Positions 28,401-37,960 of a stretch of 64,000 nt of DNA are shown here, one piece after another. The notes beneath the pieces were generated by a model. That model saw only the letters and a program-made list of their open reading frames with translations. It was not told the DNA's origin and did not search any database. This stretch comes from a virus. Each line of letters begins with the position of its first letter. The stretch's first letter is position 1. The stretch is taken from the IMG/VR virus record IMGVR_UViG_3300030419_003252, positions 20,544 to 84,543 of that record. One strand, 5' to 3'. The translations under genes were made by a program, and so were the position numbers.

Positions 28401-28604
28401 CTACTCCTCAAAGTATTTATTTAAAACTTCCAAGCGATCATGATGAGTAGAAATAATATCTAACTGATCATGAACAGCTGATAAGACATCAGAGTGTTCT
28501 CCAATACCTGTAGGGTTTTTTAAATAAATTTCAACATTAGCTTTGGCTTTTTGTATGTGACCTTCAGCATGTGCTTTGGCTGCATCAATAATTGTTCGTC
28601 TCAT
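28401..28604 (-). CDS. Conserved marine phage protein
   Basis: AHAEG.I.KA.ANVE.YL.NP.GIGEH.D. Confidence 0.75.
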   Translation of the reverse strand: MRRTIIDAAKAHAEGHIQKAKANVEIYLKNPTGIGEHSDVLSAVHDQLDIISTHHDRLEVLNKYFEE

Positions 28605-28694
28605 TCTTAATCATTAGCTACTACTATCTTAATCTTTCTTGCATCGAAATAAATTTTGAAGTAGTCTTCTTAAACATGATTAGATTTGAATTGA

Positions 28695-28862
28695 ATGAAA
28701 AATAAACCAGTACGACATCAAATTAAATCGAGTTGGTACTATCTATTTTGGGCAATCATGACAGCAGCTGTTGTTACTGGCCAGTTATATGTTGGGACTA
28801 GTTATAAAGCAATGTCAAATAGTATTGAAAGATTAATTAATAATGGAATCATTATTAGATAA
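28695..28862 (+). CDS. Small single-TM cyanophage protein (55 aa)
   Basis: QIKS.WYY.FW....AVV.GQLYVG. Confidence 0.65.
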   Translation: MKNKPVRHQIKSSWYYLFWAIMTAAVVTGQLYVGTSYKAMSNSIERLINNGIIIR

Positions 28863-29037
28863 ATAAATCATACTCTTCATCTCTGATTTTTAATTTTGCA
28901 TGTTTCTTAGCTTTCTTATAAATAGATCTGCCAAGTTTATAACTTGCGAAACTAATTGCAGCAATAGTGACAGGATTACCAATAGCAGTAAACACACCTG
29001 CGCCCATTAATGCCAGAGGACCGAACTTGTTAATCAT
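28855..29037 (-). CDS. Small membrane protein
   Basis: Hydrophobic N-half, basic C-half. Confidence 0.5.
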   Translation of the reverse strand: MINKFGPLALMGAGVFTAIGNPVTIAAISFASYKLGRSIYKKAKKHAKLKIRDEEYDLFI

Positions 29038-29084
29038 TAGATGTGATCCTGGATGCATGTAGAATAGAAAAAGAAGGAGGTCTT

Positions 29085-29312
29085 ATGGAAAAAAGTCGTG
29101 AAAACAAGATTGATTTCTTAGAGTATCAAATACCTTTAGAAGACCAATTTGTCTTTGAAAGACTTAAGAGAAGCGTTGAAGGTTCTGAGAATGTAGAAGC
29201 TATAAAAATGATGGCAATCTATTTCGCACAGATTGCCACCCAACGTAATGCAATTATAAAGGGACTAATTAAAGATCTAATTAGCCCCGATAATATAATC
29301 CTTAAATCATAA
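29085..29312 (+). CDS. nblA: NblA-like phycobiliprotein degradation adaptor
   Basis: AAGGAGG SD; IPLEDQF...V....K...R.A...LIK aligns in register with NblA LSLEQQF...V....K...REA...LLK. Confidence 0.6.
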   Translation: MEKSRENKIDFLEYQIPLEDQFVFERLKRSVEGSENVEAIKMMAIYFAQIATQRNAIIKGLIKDLISPDNIILKS

Positions 29313-30329
29313 GGAAGTATCTTCACCAGTAGGAAGTGTTTTAACTTCTACTTCAGTAGTAGTTGTATCATCTTCAGATCCTTTAGGAAGAATACGAAGA
29401 CCTTCTTTAATACCGTAAGCACCACCTAGTTTCTTAGCATCTTGCATTGAATGCTGATTGATATAATCCTGATACCAAGGATCATCAAGCTTGCCCCATA
29501 CTTTAGCTCTATCTTCATCTGGAATAGTCAGACTATGTAGAGATTCAAGTGCAGCTTCTTGAGTGCTGTAATCAGGAACATCAAAGCCTTCGATAGCACA
29601 GATTTCAACGTTATTATTACCTCTCATGTCTGAAGCAAGAGTAGGAATAAAGACTGTTGTTGAATGAAATCTCTCATTAAATTTAAGAGGGACTTCTGTA
29701 CTTAATGCTTTAGATAAACACTTGCTCATTTCTTTTTCAAAGAGACGAACTTTATCTGCCATATCTGTTCCATTTAATCCTTTTAATGTAAGGACAATAG
29801 GAATCTTATGTGCAGGAGTATTATCTGATTTAAGAATGTTAACCAAGTATTTGGTTCTTACACCGTACTTGCGTTTGTACATTTCATTCTTAGATGAGGC
29901 AAGCTCTGATGCAGCTTTATCATCATCGAATTTTGCTTTAACAATAGGATCATCAAAACATCCAATTGTTGTTCTTAATCCAAATGTTTCTTCTACCATT
30001 AAAGGAGAACGCATTAGGATTTGTACTCTTGGTTGAGTAAAGTTTAAACCTTCTTCAACAGAAGTATGTGGTGGCATACCAAAGGTTTGTTTATAGTCCC
30101 AAGCAACAGAGCCTTTATCAAAGTCAGATGCTTCAGCTGTCCAACCGCAAGTATCAAGATCTGATTTACGAATAAACCAACCTCTTTGTTTTGATTTGTT
30201 TAGGGGCTGAATTGTGACAAAAGATTGAAGTCCATCAACAAATTCTTTTTCCTTAAACATAAGGAAAGAATCAATGGATCTTTTAGAAAGAGCAGATTGT
30301 TTCTTAGTAGGACTCATAGAAATAGTCAT
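29307..30329 (-). CDS. Cyanobacterial/cyanophage DUF5895-like protein (possible recombination/ssDNA factor)
   Basis: Q.LN...GWFI, RSPL, N.P.H.IP..L..KG; lies between SSB and Gp157. Confidence 0.5.
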   Translation of the reverse strand: MTISMSPTKKQSALSKRSIDSFLMFKEKEFVDGLQSFVTIQPLNKSKQRGWFIRKSDLDTCGWTAEASDFDKGSVAWDYKQTFGMPPHTSVEEGLNFTQPRVQILMRSPLMVEETFGLRTTIGCFDDPIVKAKFDDDKAASELASSKNEMYKRKYGVRTKYLVNILKSDNTPAHKIPIVLTLKGLNGTDMADKVRLFEKEMSKCLSKALSTEVPLKFNERFHSTTVFIPTLASDMRGNNNVEICAIEGFDVPDYSTQEAALESLHSLTIPDEDRAKVWGKLDDPWYQDYINQHSMQDAKKLGGAYGIKEGLRILPKGSEDDTTTTEVEVKTLPTGEDTSL

Positions 30330-30350
30330 AGAAATAAGCAGGGTTAAAAA

Positions 30351-30390
30351 CTAGGTCTTACACCAGCACTGGTGGGAACTGGATGCCTAG
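30351..30390 (-). promoter_or_regulatory. GUAAG bulged hairpin (family B, copy 1)
   Basis: CTAGG-CAT-CCAG...CTGG-TGTAAGA-CCTAG then U-tract. Confidence 0.75.
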
Positions 30391-30395
30391 AAAAG

Positions 30396-31232
30396 TTAGA
30401 AAGGATCAGTTTCTGATACAGCTTCTACAGGAGTTTCTTGATTCATGATTGGAGATGGATTTGGATTTGGAGCTATACTCCATTCTGGTCCATCAGTTGC
30501 AGGACTGGAATCACTTGTTACAGTTCTCAATTTAGTTGTGTCAGTTTTCTGACTTGCGTTGTTATTAAAAGGTTCTAACTTACTACTGAGAGTTATACCT
30601 TGTTTATCAGCAATTAAAAGTAGACTTGAGAACCGATCTTCTTGAGTAGCTTTATCTTTCCAAGTTTCAGTAACGAGTGATCCTCTTATGGTTGCACCTA
30701 TATTCTTTTTATTTAGGAAGTTCATTATGTGTTCTGCATAATTAATTCCTTTGTACTTATTATTAGTATTATAGTTAGCCTTAAAAGTATAGAAAGCAGG
30801 AGAATCTACCTTATTCCATACAGCTAATCTTTGTTTAGCACTCATAAAACCAGAGGAATGATGTAAACAATCTTTTTCAGTTAAATCATTTACACAACGA
30901 CCAGCAAGAGTAAAGGAATTAAATTCTTCTCCATCATTAAAGCCTTGAGGTACAAGGATTACATTGCCTTGTTGTAACCATTTGTTTTGTACTTTTGTTT
31001 CTTTATTATAAGAAAAGTAAAGTTGTGTACCTTCTACAAAGATCCTATGACCTTTCTTAACAGACTTAAGTTTGTCTTTAGCAGGTCCCCAAATTCTTAA
31101 TTCAAGTTGGGTAGGAACATACTTTCCATATCTAGGAGCAGGGATTTCTATTTGACAGAAAACACCTGGTACTTCTCTGCCTGTTTCTCTTGCATCTTCA
31201 AGAGCAACAGCAGTTAGAGTTGCATAATTCAT
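30396..31232 (-). CDS. ssb: Single-stranded DNA-binding protein with two tandem OB folds
   Basis: OB1 (...IWG....VKKGHRIFVEG), OB2 (NSFTLAGR...G.L..ETW.DK.T...R), acidic tail ETDPF. Confidence 0.75.
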   Translation of the reverse strand: MNYATLTAVALEDARETGREVPGVFCQIEIPAPRYGKYVPTQLELRIWGPAKDKLKSVKKGHRIFVEGTQLYFSYNKETKVQNKWLQQGNVILVPQGFNDGEEFNSFTLAGRCVNDLTEKDCLHHSSGFMSAKQRLAVWNKVDSPAFYTFKANYNTNNKYKGINYAEHIMNFLNKKNIGATIRGSLVTETWKDKATQEDRFSSLLLIADKQGITLSSKLEPFNNNASQKTDTTKLRTVTSDSSPATDGPEWSIAPNPNPSPIMNQETPVEAVSETDPF

Positions 31233-31260
31233 AAGTTGAATTGAACAGTAAGTGAATAAT

Positions 31261-31280
31261 AGTTTAACGTCATTTCGGAC
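31261..31280 (-). promoter_or_regulatory. Small hairpin + UUAAACU element (family C, copy 2)
   Basis: GTC-CGAAAT-GAC-GTTAAACT between polA stop and ssb start. Confidence 0.6.
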
Positions 31281-31285
31281 AAAAG

Positions 31286-33160
31286 TTAATGGGTTTCAGC
31301 CCAGTTTTTACCAAGCTTATAATCCCCTTCAATTTTACATTTAAAATTAAAGAACTCTCCAGCTTGGATAAAGGATTTCATAACCTCTTTATATATAGAT
31401 TCCTTATGTTGTTTTGCACATGTAAGTTGTACTTCGTCATGGATCATTAGCAGTTGTTCCCATCCATCTCCATAAGGTAACTTTAGATTTTGTTGTATAT
31501 TGTTGTGAATGTTTACAACTACTTGTTTCATAATGATTGAACCAGCTGATTGTAATAAAACATTAAGAGCTTTATAGTCTTCTCGACAATAAAGAACACG
31601 ACGATCTAAACCTACTAAGTAACCACGAGTAGCTAAAGTATCTTTAATTTTTTCTCTTAATTTTTTTAGTGCAGGCAAGCTATTCATAAAGTTATCAATC
31701 CTTGTTCTACCAATCTGTTTCAGTTTTTGTTCATTAGTTTCAGAAGAATCAAATATCTTTCCAGCTTTAAGATCTCCGCTTCCATAAAGTATTCCATAAA
31801 GAAGAGTTTTAGCTTTATCTTTTTCATTTACACCAAACTTTTGCATGTTGTATTCATGAATATTTTCAAAGCCAACTTTCTTTGGATTAACAACAATGTC
31901 TGCATATTCACCACCATCCCAGATAGCTAAGTATCCAGCAAGGCAACGAACTTCTAAACCTTTAGCATCAAACCCCATCATTTCCCAATCATATGGGGCA
32001 TGAAATAAACTTCTGCACTCATTACCATAGGGACTTTTAACTTTTGGAACCTGGCTACAGTTGGGATTTCGATGTGAACATCGACCTGTAATTGTTCCAT
32101 TAGTTATAACATCACCATGGATACGACTATTAGAATTGTCTACTAATTTTAGCCAAGCATTATTACCATCAGCTATTTGGCCTAGTCGTTTCTTTAATAA
32201 TTGATACTCAGCTAAGGCTTTAGCTTCTGGGAAATCGAGGTTTTCAAGGACTGTATCGTCAAGTTTTGGATTACCTTTCTCAGTTCTTCCTTCTGGAACC
32301 CATTGGTACTTTGCTTGTAAGCGTTCAATAATTTGTTTACGTGATCCTGGGTTGAAATGTTCATAAGTTATTTTCTCAAATGGAACACCCTTCTGATAAC
32401 CACGCTTTTGATTGTTTACTTTAGGAGTAAAAAATTCAGAGCGTTTTATAGGAGGAAATAATTCAATTAAATGTTTCTCAAGTTTTTCTTTCTTTGCTCT
32501 GAGTACATCCACAAGATCAAGACATCTATCCACATCGAATGGAACTCCTGATCTAATTTGTCTGTTAATTGCTGTAGCAAACTCATGCTCAAGAGATAAG
32601 GCTGCTTGAGAATAGTTCTGTTTAATAATGTGTTGCCACAATTTTTCAGTAACCCGAACATCTTGGATGCAATAGTCGAGCATCTCTTGGGAGTACTCGG
32701 AGAAATCGTTAAACTCAATCTTTTCATCTGAGAGCCTGTAGCCCCAGGACTTGAGTGAGTGAGCACCTTTGTATTTCGGTGGAACTTGCGAATAGAATTC
32801 TTCATCTCTAGCAAATCGAATTTCTTTAGGCCAAATCAAACGACTACAAATAAGCGTGTCAATGATTCGAGCTTTAAAAGTTACTGAAAATAATTTATTT
32901 AAAACAGGTATGTCATAAAAAAGAATGTTGTGACCGATTAAAACATCAGCGGTGTCCAGATGACTAATAGCGTTATCAATAGCATCAGGGCCATAGCTGA
33001 AAGTGTTTCCTGATTGAAGGTCATAAATAACCAAGCAATGGATTTTTGAAACGTCATCATAAAGTCCATCAGACTCTAAATCAAATATAAGCCAAGATTC
33101 ATTTTCTGAATCTGCCGTAGTCTTGAATTGAGAAGTCTTCACGTTTAAGCTTTGGGTCAT
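31286..33160 (-). CDS. polA: DNA polymerase family A, T7-like (3'-5' exo + polymerase)
   Basis: ExoI FDLESDG, GHNILFYD, YCIQDV; TGR; motif A DAKGLE; motif B AKTLLYGILYG; motif C IHDEVQ. Confidence 0.95.
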   Translation of the reverse strand: MTQSLNVKTSQFKTTADSENESWLIFDLESDGLYDDVSKIHCLVIYDLQSGNTFSYGPDAIDNAISHLDTADVLIGHNILFYDIPVLNKLFSVTFKARIIDTLICSRLIWPKEIRFARDEEFYSQVPPKYKGAHSLKSWGYRLSDEKIEFNDFSEYSQEMLDYCIQDVRVTEKLWQHIIKQNYSQAALSLEHEFATAINRQIRSGVPFDVDRCLDLVDVLRAKKEKLEKHLIELFPPIKRSEFFTPKVNNQKRGYQKGVPFEKITYEHFNPGSRKQIIERLQAKYQWVPEGRTEKGNPKLDDTVLENLDFPEAKALAEYQLLKKRLGQIADGNNAWLKLVDNSNSRIHGDVITNGTITGRCSHRNPNCSQVPKVKSPYGNECRSLFHAPYDWEMMGFDAKGLEVRCLAGYLAIWDGGEYADIVVNPKKVGFENIHEYNMQKFGVNEKDKAKTLLYGILYGSGDLKAGKIFDSSETNEQKLKQIGRTRIDNFMNSLPALKKLREKIKDTLATRGYLVGLDRRVLYCREDYKALNVLLQSAGSIIMKQVVVNIHNNIQQNLKLPYGDGWEQLLMIHDEVQLTCAKQHKESIYKEVMKSFIQAGEFFNFKCKIEGDYKLGKNWAETH

Positions 33161-33341
33161 TTTCCTTAATCCAATTCAAGAATTTTTGCATCTGAGTTCG
33201 ATGCGGGTTATGAAAAAGTTTAGAAACATTAGAAGGTGAATCAAGTGGAACTAAACTAAATTTGTCTTTTTCTACTCGTATTCCATACGGAAGTCCCTTC
33301 TTCCAACAGGCAATTACGTAAGACATTGTTGTTTTCTTCAT
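33099..33341 (-). CDS. Hypothetical protein
   Basis: Operon context, overlaps polA start. Confidence 0.55.
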   Translation of the reverse strand: MKKTTMSYVIACWKKGLPYGIRVEKDKFSLVPLDSPSNVSKLFHNPHRTQMQKFLNWIKENDPKLKREDFSIQDYGRFRK

Positions 33342-33385
33342 GGAAGATTTCGCATAAATACTAATACAATTTTTATTAAATTCAA

Positions 33386-33679
33386 CTAACTAATAGCAGT
33401 TGATTTGTGTTCTGCTTTGATTATGGTTGAAAGAGAAACTTGATAAATAGTGGACCATTCCTTACGAGATAGCATATATTTATTTCGTTTTATTAATTCA
33501 GATTGATACTGATTTAATGCTTCTTTTGGACCTGTCCTTATAGTTGTAGTGAGATACCTTTCAATTGTTCTAAACTTTGCTTTACAATCTAAACATTTAC
33601 AATATCTTTTAGTAAATTCTCCACGACCTTCAGTTGTACCAACTCTTGTGTTGGTTGATTTACATTCAGGACATTGCAT
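33386..33679 (-). CDS. Zn-ribbon (NrdR N-terminal/Ogr-like) + HTH transcription factor
   Basis: CPEC...T.V......KR.CKCLDC...F.T.E; C-terminal HTH-like; no ATP-cone. Confidence 0.7.
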   Translation of the reverse strand: MQCPECKSTNTRVGTTEGRGEFTKRYCKCLDCKAKFRTIERYLTTTIRTGPKEALNQYQSELIKRNKYMLSRKEWSTIYQVSLSTIIKAEHKSTAIS

Positions 33680-33782
33680 TTTGATTTGTTAATGAATTGT
33701 TAAATTTGTATTCTTTGTTACAAGCTGAACTACAAAGATCCCTTCTATGGAATACTATTAATTCAGTAACAAAGGCTACCAA

Positions 33783-33926
33783 ATGACTTGTAAATTAACT
33801 TACAGAGGTATCGCCTATATCAAGAAAGATACAGGCAGATACTTGAAAGACACTCCAGCTAATAGAGAAATTCTATTAGATGCAAAGCGATTTGCCGCTA
33901 AGAAGAAGCCTCTTGCGGTTGTTTAG
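33783..33926 (+). CDS. DUF4278-like small protein (47 aa)
   Basis: KLTYRGIAY signature. Confidence 0.65.
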   Translation: MTCKLTYRGIAYIKKDTGRYLKDTPANREILLDAKRFAAKKKPLAVV

Positions 33927-34254
33927 GAACAGGAATTTTATCTAGTTCCAATTGATCAAGTGCATAAAGTATTGTTTGTGCACCTGCAAATCCAAAAGAA
34001 TCACAGATAGCATCCTCCCGTTTTTCTTTCGATTGAAGATAGAAATTCAGGAGGAGTTCTTCTGCTTTCTTGAAATTTAAGCGATCACCTGTTAGTTGTT
34101 CGATATATTCTGCTGGCATTGTTTTAACAATTTGAACAGATATTTCATCTATAACTAAAGGCCAAGTATGTTCTGGAATTAAATCCATTGTTTCTTTGAC
34201 AAGACCGCTATCAATAATTTTCTGTTTAGACATACAAGGTTTACGTAACTTCAC
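33898..34254 (-). CDS. Hypothetical protein
   Basis: Operon context. Confidence 0.6.
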   Translation of the reverse strand: MKLRKPCMSKQKIIDSGLVKETMDLIPEHTWPLVIDEISVQIVKTMPAEYIEQLTGDRLNFKKAEELLLNFYLQSKEKREDAICDSFGFAGAQTILYALDQLELDKIPVPKQPQEASS

Positions 34255-34262
34255 ACTTAAGT

Positions 34263-34625
34263 TTACGCAGGTTGAGTTTGTGCGTCTATAGCATGTTCCA
34301 TTAAACCTTGTTCTTTAAGCTTATCTATCATTTTGCTCATAACGATTGCATGCTTCTGAGTTTGTTTCATGTACCACTGAACACGATCAGCTTCCATGAT
34401 ATGTTCTGAACCATTTGGCTCAACATATTTCCAACTTCCATCAGGTTGAGGATCACCTTGAAGAGCTAAACTTTCACTGTTACGTGTATAACGTAGCTCA
34501 AGATTATGATGATCTTGTAGACCATCTTCTGATACCCAAGTAGCACCTATATGATAACGTTTATCGCTATCACTAAATGCATGGAACTGAGGGATAATTG
34601 CTTTTGCAGCTTGAATAATTTGCAT
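34263..34625 (-). CDS. Hypothetical protein
   Basis: Start MQIIQ downstream of family-B hairpin. Confidence 0.65.
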   Translation of the reverse strand: MQIIQAAKAIIPQFHAFSDSDKRYHIGATWVSEDGLQDHHNLELRYTRNSESLALQGDPQPDGSWKYVEPNGSEHIMEADRVQWYMKQTQKHAIVMSKMIDKLKEQGLMEHAIDAQTQPA

Positions 34626-34669
34626 AGTCGTAATAAAAGTGAACAGAGTTGAATTGTGCATAAAAAGCA

Positions 34670-34700
34670 CACTAGGACTTACACATTAAGATGCCTAGTG
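34670..34700 (-). promoter_or_regulatory. GUAAG bulged hairpin (family B, copy 2)
   Basis: CACTAGG-CATC-TTAAT-GTGTAAGT-CCTAGTG. Confidence 0.75.
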
Positions 34701-34724
34701 AAAGATTTCAAGTAATGTTAATGA

Positions 34725-35207
34725 CTATAAATAACCAGCTAATTCACAACCTGGCTCATCAAAAAACCAAGAGATATTTATGTCTTCAAACTTTTCTCTT
34801 AGAGCAGAACAAATATATTCTGGCGGTCCCCAAGGAGTTTCAAAAGTATAAATTATCTGGTGGTCATCCCAATCTTGAATCTCTATGTCTTTGGTATCAA
34901 GATCCCATTTGATACCCCAGTTATTAATCCTCCAGTTGTACCATCTTTCATCTGGACGACCTGTAGATTTAAATCTAGGAGTACCCCATTTTTCATCAGG
35001 ATCTGGTGGGACTGGAAGCTCACCTTTCTTTGCGATTGGATTATCAGCAGTATCTTTTAGATCTGTTTCTGCTGGGGTATTAAGCCAATCTGGTTCAGGA
35101 ATAATTTGATGAAATGGACGTTCAGATTCAAAGATAGATTTAATTTGTTTTAAATCTTCTGAATTATCAGAGTATATTTCAACTCTGTTATGGCACCAAT
35201 TAGGCAT
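34725..35207 (-). CDS. YubB/DUF1281-type ferredoxin-like domain protein
   Basis: MPNWC.N, WY.W...NWG.KW, F.T.W.PP, EPG..AG. Confidence 0.8.
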   Translation of the reverse strand: MPNWCHNRVEIYSDNSEDLKQIKSIFESERPFHQIIPEPDWLNTPAETDLKDTADNPIAKKGELPVPPDPDEKWGTPRFKSTGRPDERWYNWRINNWGIKWDLDTKDIEIQDWDDHQIIYTFETPWGPPEYICSALREKFEDINISWFFDEPGCELAGYL

Positions 35208-35679
35208 TTACTTTTTCCTCCTTTTCTTGAAGGTCATCGTATTCTTGTCCAGCTTTAGCTGAGACTTCCTCATACTTTTTCCAGTTCTTCTTTAACTCTT
35301 CCTTGGCTTTATCTATATCTTGTTGTAATAAAGCAATGGCACAACATTCATTGATTTGAAGAGTATCTAAATCTTCTGAGACAGAGCCATGTCTATGGAT
35401 CCAATACTCATCACAATAACCTGTAGTTGTATGAAGAGTATCGTGAACATTTAGACCTTTCTCTTTCTCATCTTGAAGAGTGTAAGCAACATCATATCCT
35501 TTATTTTCTAAAGTATATGAAGCAAAATACCAATCATTTATGGTATGAAGTTTCTTAGAAATTTGCTGCTTCCAATCTTTAATTTCAGCAAAGATATTCC
35601 TTCGATCAGAAAGAATTTTCTTAACTTTTGGTTGAGCATCAATCCAGTTGGATCGTTTCATTGAAGTAGATTCTGGCAT
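35200..35679 (-). CDS. Hypothetical coiled-coil protein
   Basis: Start MPESTS; operon context. Confidence 0.6.
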   Translation of the reverse strand: MPESTSMKRSNWIDAQPKVKKILSDRRNIFAEIKDWKQQISKKLHTINDWYFASYTLENKGYDVAYTLQDEKEKGLNVHDTLHTTTGYCDEYWIHRHGSVSEDLDTLQINECCAIALLQQDIDKAKEELKKNWKKYEEVSAKAGQEYDDLQEKEEKVNA

Positions 35680-35683
35680 GAGA

Positions 35684-36634
35684 TTAATTAGATTTGGTTT
35701 GAGATTTTGTTTTATCCTGCTTTGGATGAAGGATAAAATTCTTAGCACGATTAGCTTCTCTTAAAGACTCTTTAAGAATAGATGGATCTCTGCGTAAACA
35801 TTTGATCCATGACTGTAAATAGTTTGCATGATTTCTTGTATCTGAATTAATTTGTAACTCATCTGAAATCAAGAAGGCAGCTAGTTCAGCTACTAATTCT
35901 TCTTCTGCATAACTAGTTAAGCCATATTTTCCTGACATAGGACGCTTTAAACGTTTTTCATGTCCAGTTGAGTGAGCTAATTCATGTGCCCAGGTGGAGT
36001 ACAAGGCATGAGCAGAATGGAACTTCTTACGCTCAGGCATTGTGACTATATCTAAAGAAGGAGTGTAATAAGCCCTTTCACCAGCCCATTGGGTTTCTAA
36101 CCTTTCTTGACGGTGGTATGCAGCGAATAACTTTTCGCATTTTTCCATCCGTTCAGGTTCAGGTCTTGGTTGTTCAGCTTCTCCTTGATGTCTAGCAATA
36201 ACTTCATTTTTATCTTCTCCTTCTATGTCTTTGACATTAAAGATAGGAGAGAAATAAAAGTTGCCAATTCTAGACTCTTTAACCTTTTCACCAAAGGAAT
36301 TTTCTACATCAACTTGATACATTGATGGAACACATATGTAACAAGCCTTTGATCCTTTACGGATACGCCAACCTTTAGATTTAATTTGACCGCCTCCAGC
36401 CCATAAGGGTAGAGGATAACCTCTAGCTATTTGATAGAAGGATAATAATGCAGGATTTTGTCCTGTATAAATGTGATGACTAAGGATGTTTTGTTGTTTA
36501 CCTCCATTAGTACAATCCCATTCTTTTCTCCAAGGTTGTCTACCTGATTCCATTAAGGTAATTAGTTCTTCAACTAATTTTTCTTCTGGAGTAGGTTTAT
36601 TGCCTTTGGATTTTGAGCGAGTTTTTGTTGTCAT
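35684..36634 (-). CDS. ardC: ArdC-like antirestriction protein (ssDNA-binding + zincin domain)
   Basis: PW.K.W, Y.G.N, W....Q....G..IRKG.K, FN, AYY.P..D...MP, HELAH.TGH..RL.R, YA.EELVAE. Confidence 0.9.
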   Translation of the reverse strand: MTTKTRSKSKGNKPTPEEKLVEELITLMESGRQPWRKEWDCTNGGKQQNILSHHIYTGQNPALLSFYQIARGYPLPLWAGGGQIKSKGWRIRKGSKACYICVPSMYQVDVENSFGEKVKESRIGNFYFSPIFNVKDIEGEDKNEVIARHQGEAEQPRPEPERMEKCEKLFAAYHRQERLETQWAGERAYYTPSLDIVTMPERKKFHSAHALYSTWAHELAHSTGHEKRLKRPMSGKYGLTSYAEEELVAELAAFLISDELQINSDTRNHANYLQSWIKCLRRDPSILKESLREANRAKNFILHPKQDKTKSQTKSN

Positions 36635-36833
36635 TTGAATTGAGCTTGATTTGTTTTTGAAGTTTTAATGCGGCAGCTTCTGCATCTGATCGTAGGGGAT
36701 ATAAAGTCCCCCACCAAACAGTTTTGCCATCGTAATACCAAGGTTTAAATTCATAAACTAAACCTTGTATGACAGGTTCAACGCCACATTTATCTGGATA
36801 TAGATCACTAGATCTATAGGCGTGAAATTCCAT
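36597..36833 (-). CDS. Hypothetical protein
   Basis: Operon context. Confidence 0.5.
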   Translation of the reverse strand: MEFHAYRSSDLYPDKCGVEPVIQGLVYEFKPWYYDGKTVWWGTLYPLRSDAEAAALKLQKQIKLNSNDNKNSLKIQRQ

Positions 36834-36836
36834 AGA

Positions 36837-37136
36837 TTAATAATCTTCTGGATAAAGAACCGTTGTATTACACATATCAGGATTCTTAGGATCATTACCA
36901 TAACCTTCAGTAATAACCCAAAGAGTTTTACCTTCGTGTGCTTTCTTATAAACAGAATGGATTCTTCCTCCATTCTTTTGTTCAAGACTTGATTGATTTA
37001 ATTGAGCATCTTCATCACATAAGTCACCCCAATCATTAGTGAAGTGACGTATGAGAAGACGACCAACTATATTTGGAGGTACTGTTCTATCTACTTGAGC
37101 AGTAGAAACTAAAGTACCAAAAGAGTTGTGAATCAT
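36837..37136 (-). CDS. Conserved plasmid/phage small protein
   Basis: RH...DWGDLC.ED...N......G.RI.S.Y....W.ITE...TTVL.P.DY. Confidence 0.75.
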   Translation of the reverse strand: MIHNSFGTLVSTAQVDRTVPPNIVGRLLIRHFTNDWGDLCDEDAQLNQSSLEQKNGGRIHSVYKKAHEGKTLWVITEGYGNDPKNPDMCNTTVLYPEDY

Positions 37137-37315
37137 AGAGAAGGGTTTCGTTGAGCTGCAGTTAAACTTGGATGACCATCATGGGACCAATAGACTTCAG
37201 ATTCATAAATGTCTCTGGCTATGTCCATGCGTTCATCTTCTGTGAGATTGGGATGATCTTCACAGACAATTTCCCAGATGCGTTCTTTCGCTTCCTGGCT
37301 TAGTGGATCACTCAT
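37133..37315 (-). CDS. Hypothetical protein
   Basis: GGAGG SD; C-terminal PSLTAA.RNPSL cyanophage motif. Confidence 0.65.
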   Translation of the reverse strand: MSDPLSQEAKERIWEIVCEDHPNLTEDERMDIARDIYESEVYWSHDGHPSLTAAQRNPSL

Positions 37316-37394
37316 GAGTTACCTCCTAAGTAGTAGTTAATTAACAATAAGATCCCAATGATGGAAGAAGATTCCATGAAAGCTCTTAAAGCAT

Positions 37395-37607
37395 TCATTT
37401 ACCTAAAGCCTGTTTAGATAAGTATTGATTAAATAGATCTGCATCCCATTGGTTTCTAAGTTTGATTGACAAACCTAGATAAGCCATCTTCTCATTACCC
37501 ATAGGAAGGCTATTAGCATGATGGCAAAGATGATCTTCTAACATTTTAAATTCTCGTTCATTCAAAAGGAATAAACGAGTGGAACCATCTTCAAGATTCA
37601 TTAGCAC
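37395..37607 (-). CDS. Hypothetical protein
   Basis: Operon context. Confidence 0.55.
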   Translation of the reverse strand: MLMNLEDGSTRLFLLNEREFKMLEDHLCHHANSLPMGNEKMAYLGLSIKLRNQWDADLFNQYLSKQALGK

Positions 37608-37936
37608 TTCTCCTTATTAATAAGTAATTTGGCATGATATTCTGCAACAGATTTCATACCAGTAAAGAAACTAGAAGCAATATCTTTTTCAGCTGCTAGA
37701 TGTTCTTGGTATTCACGTCGAATTGTTTCATTATCAAAGGCACTGCCTTCAGCATATTTACCAAAGACATCTTTGAATTCATTAACAATTCTAACTTTTC
37801 TATCAGGATCTGATTTCTTCCAGAAATTTAGCAAGGCTGATTCAGATGAACCAGTTCCATACTTTTCAAAACACCAGATAGCAAAAGGCGTGGTGTATTT
37901 TTCGGTGATAGATGTCACCTCATTTGAGTTAGTCAT
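37601..37936 (-). CDS. Hypothetical protein
   Basis: Start MTNSNE downstream of family-B hairpin. Confidence 0.6.
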   Translation of the reverse strand: MTNSNEVTSITEKYTTPFAIWCFEKYGTGSSESALLNFWKKSDPDRKVRIVNEFKDVFGKYAEGSAFDNETIRREYQEHLAAEKDIASSFFTGMKSVAEYHAKLLINKEKC

Positions 37937-37960
37937 AAGCTGAATAAAGTAAATAAAAAC

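Noticed and set aside
33386-33679. Full NrdR repressor
   Set aside because: Only the Zn-ribbon is present; there is no ATP-cone.
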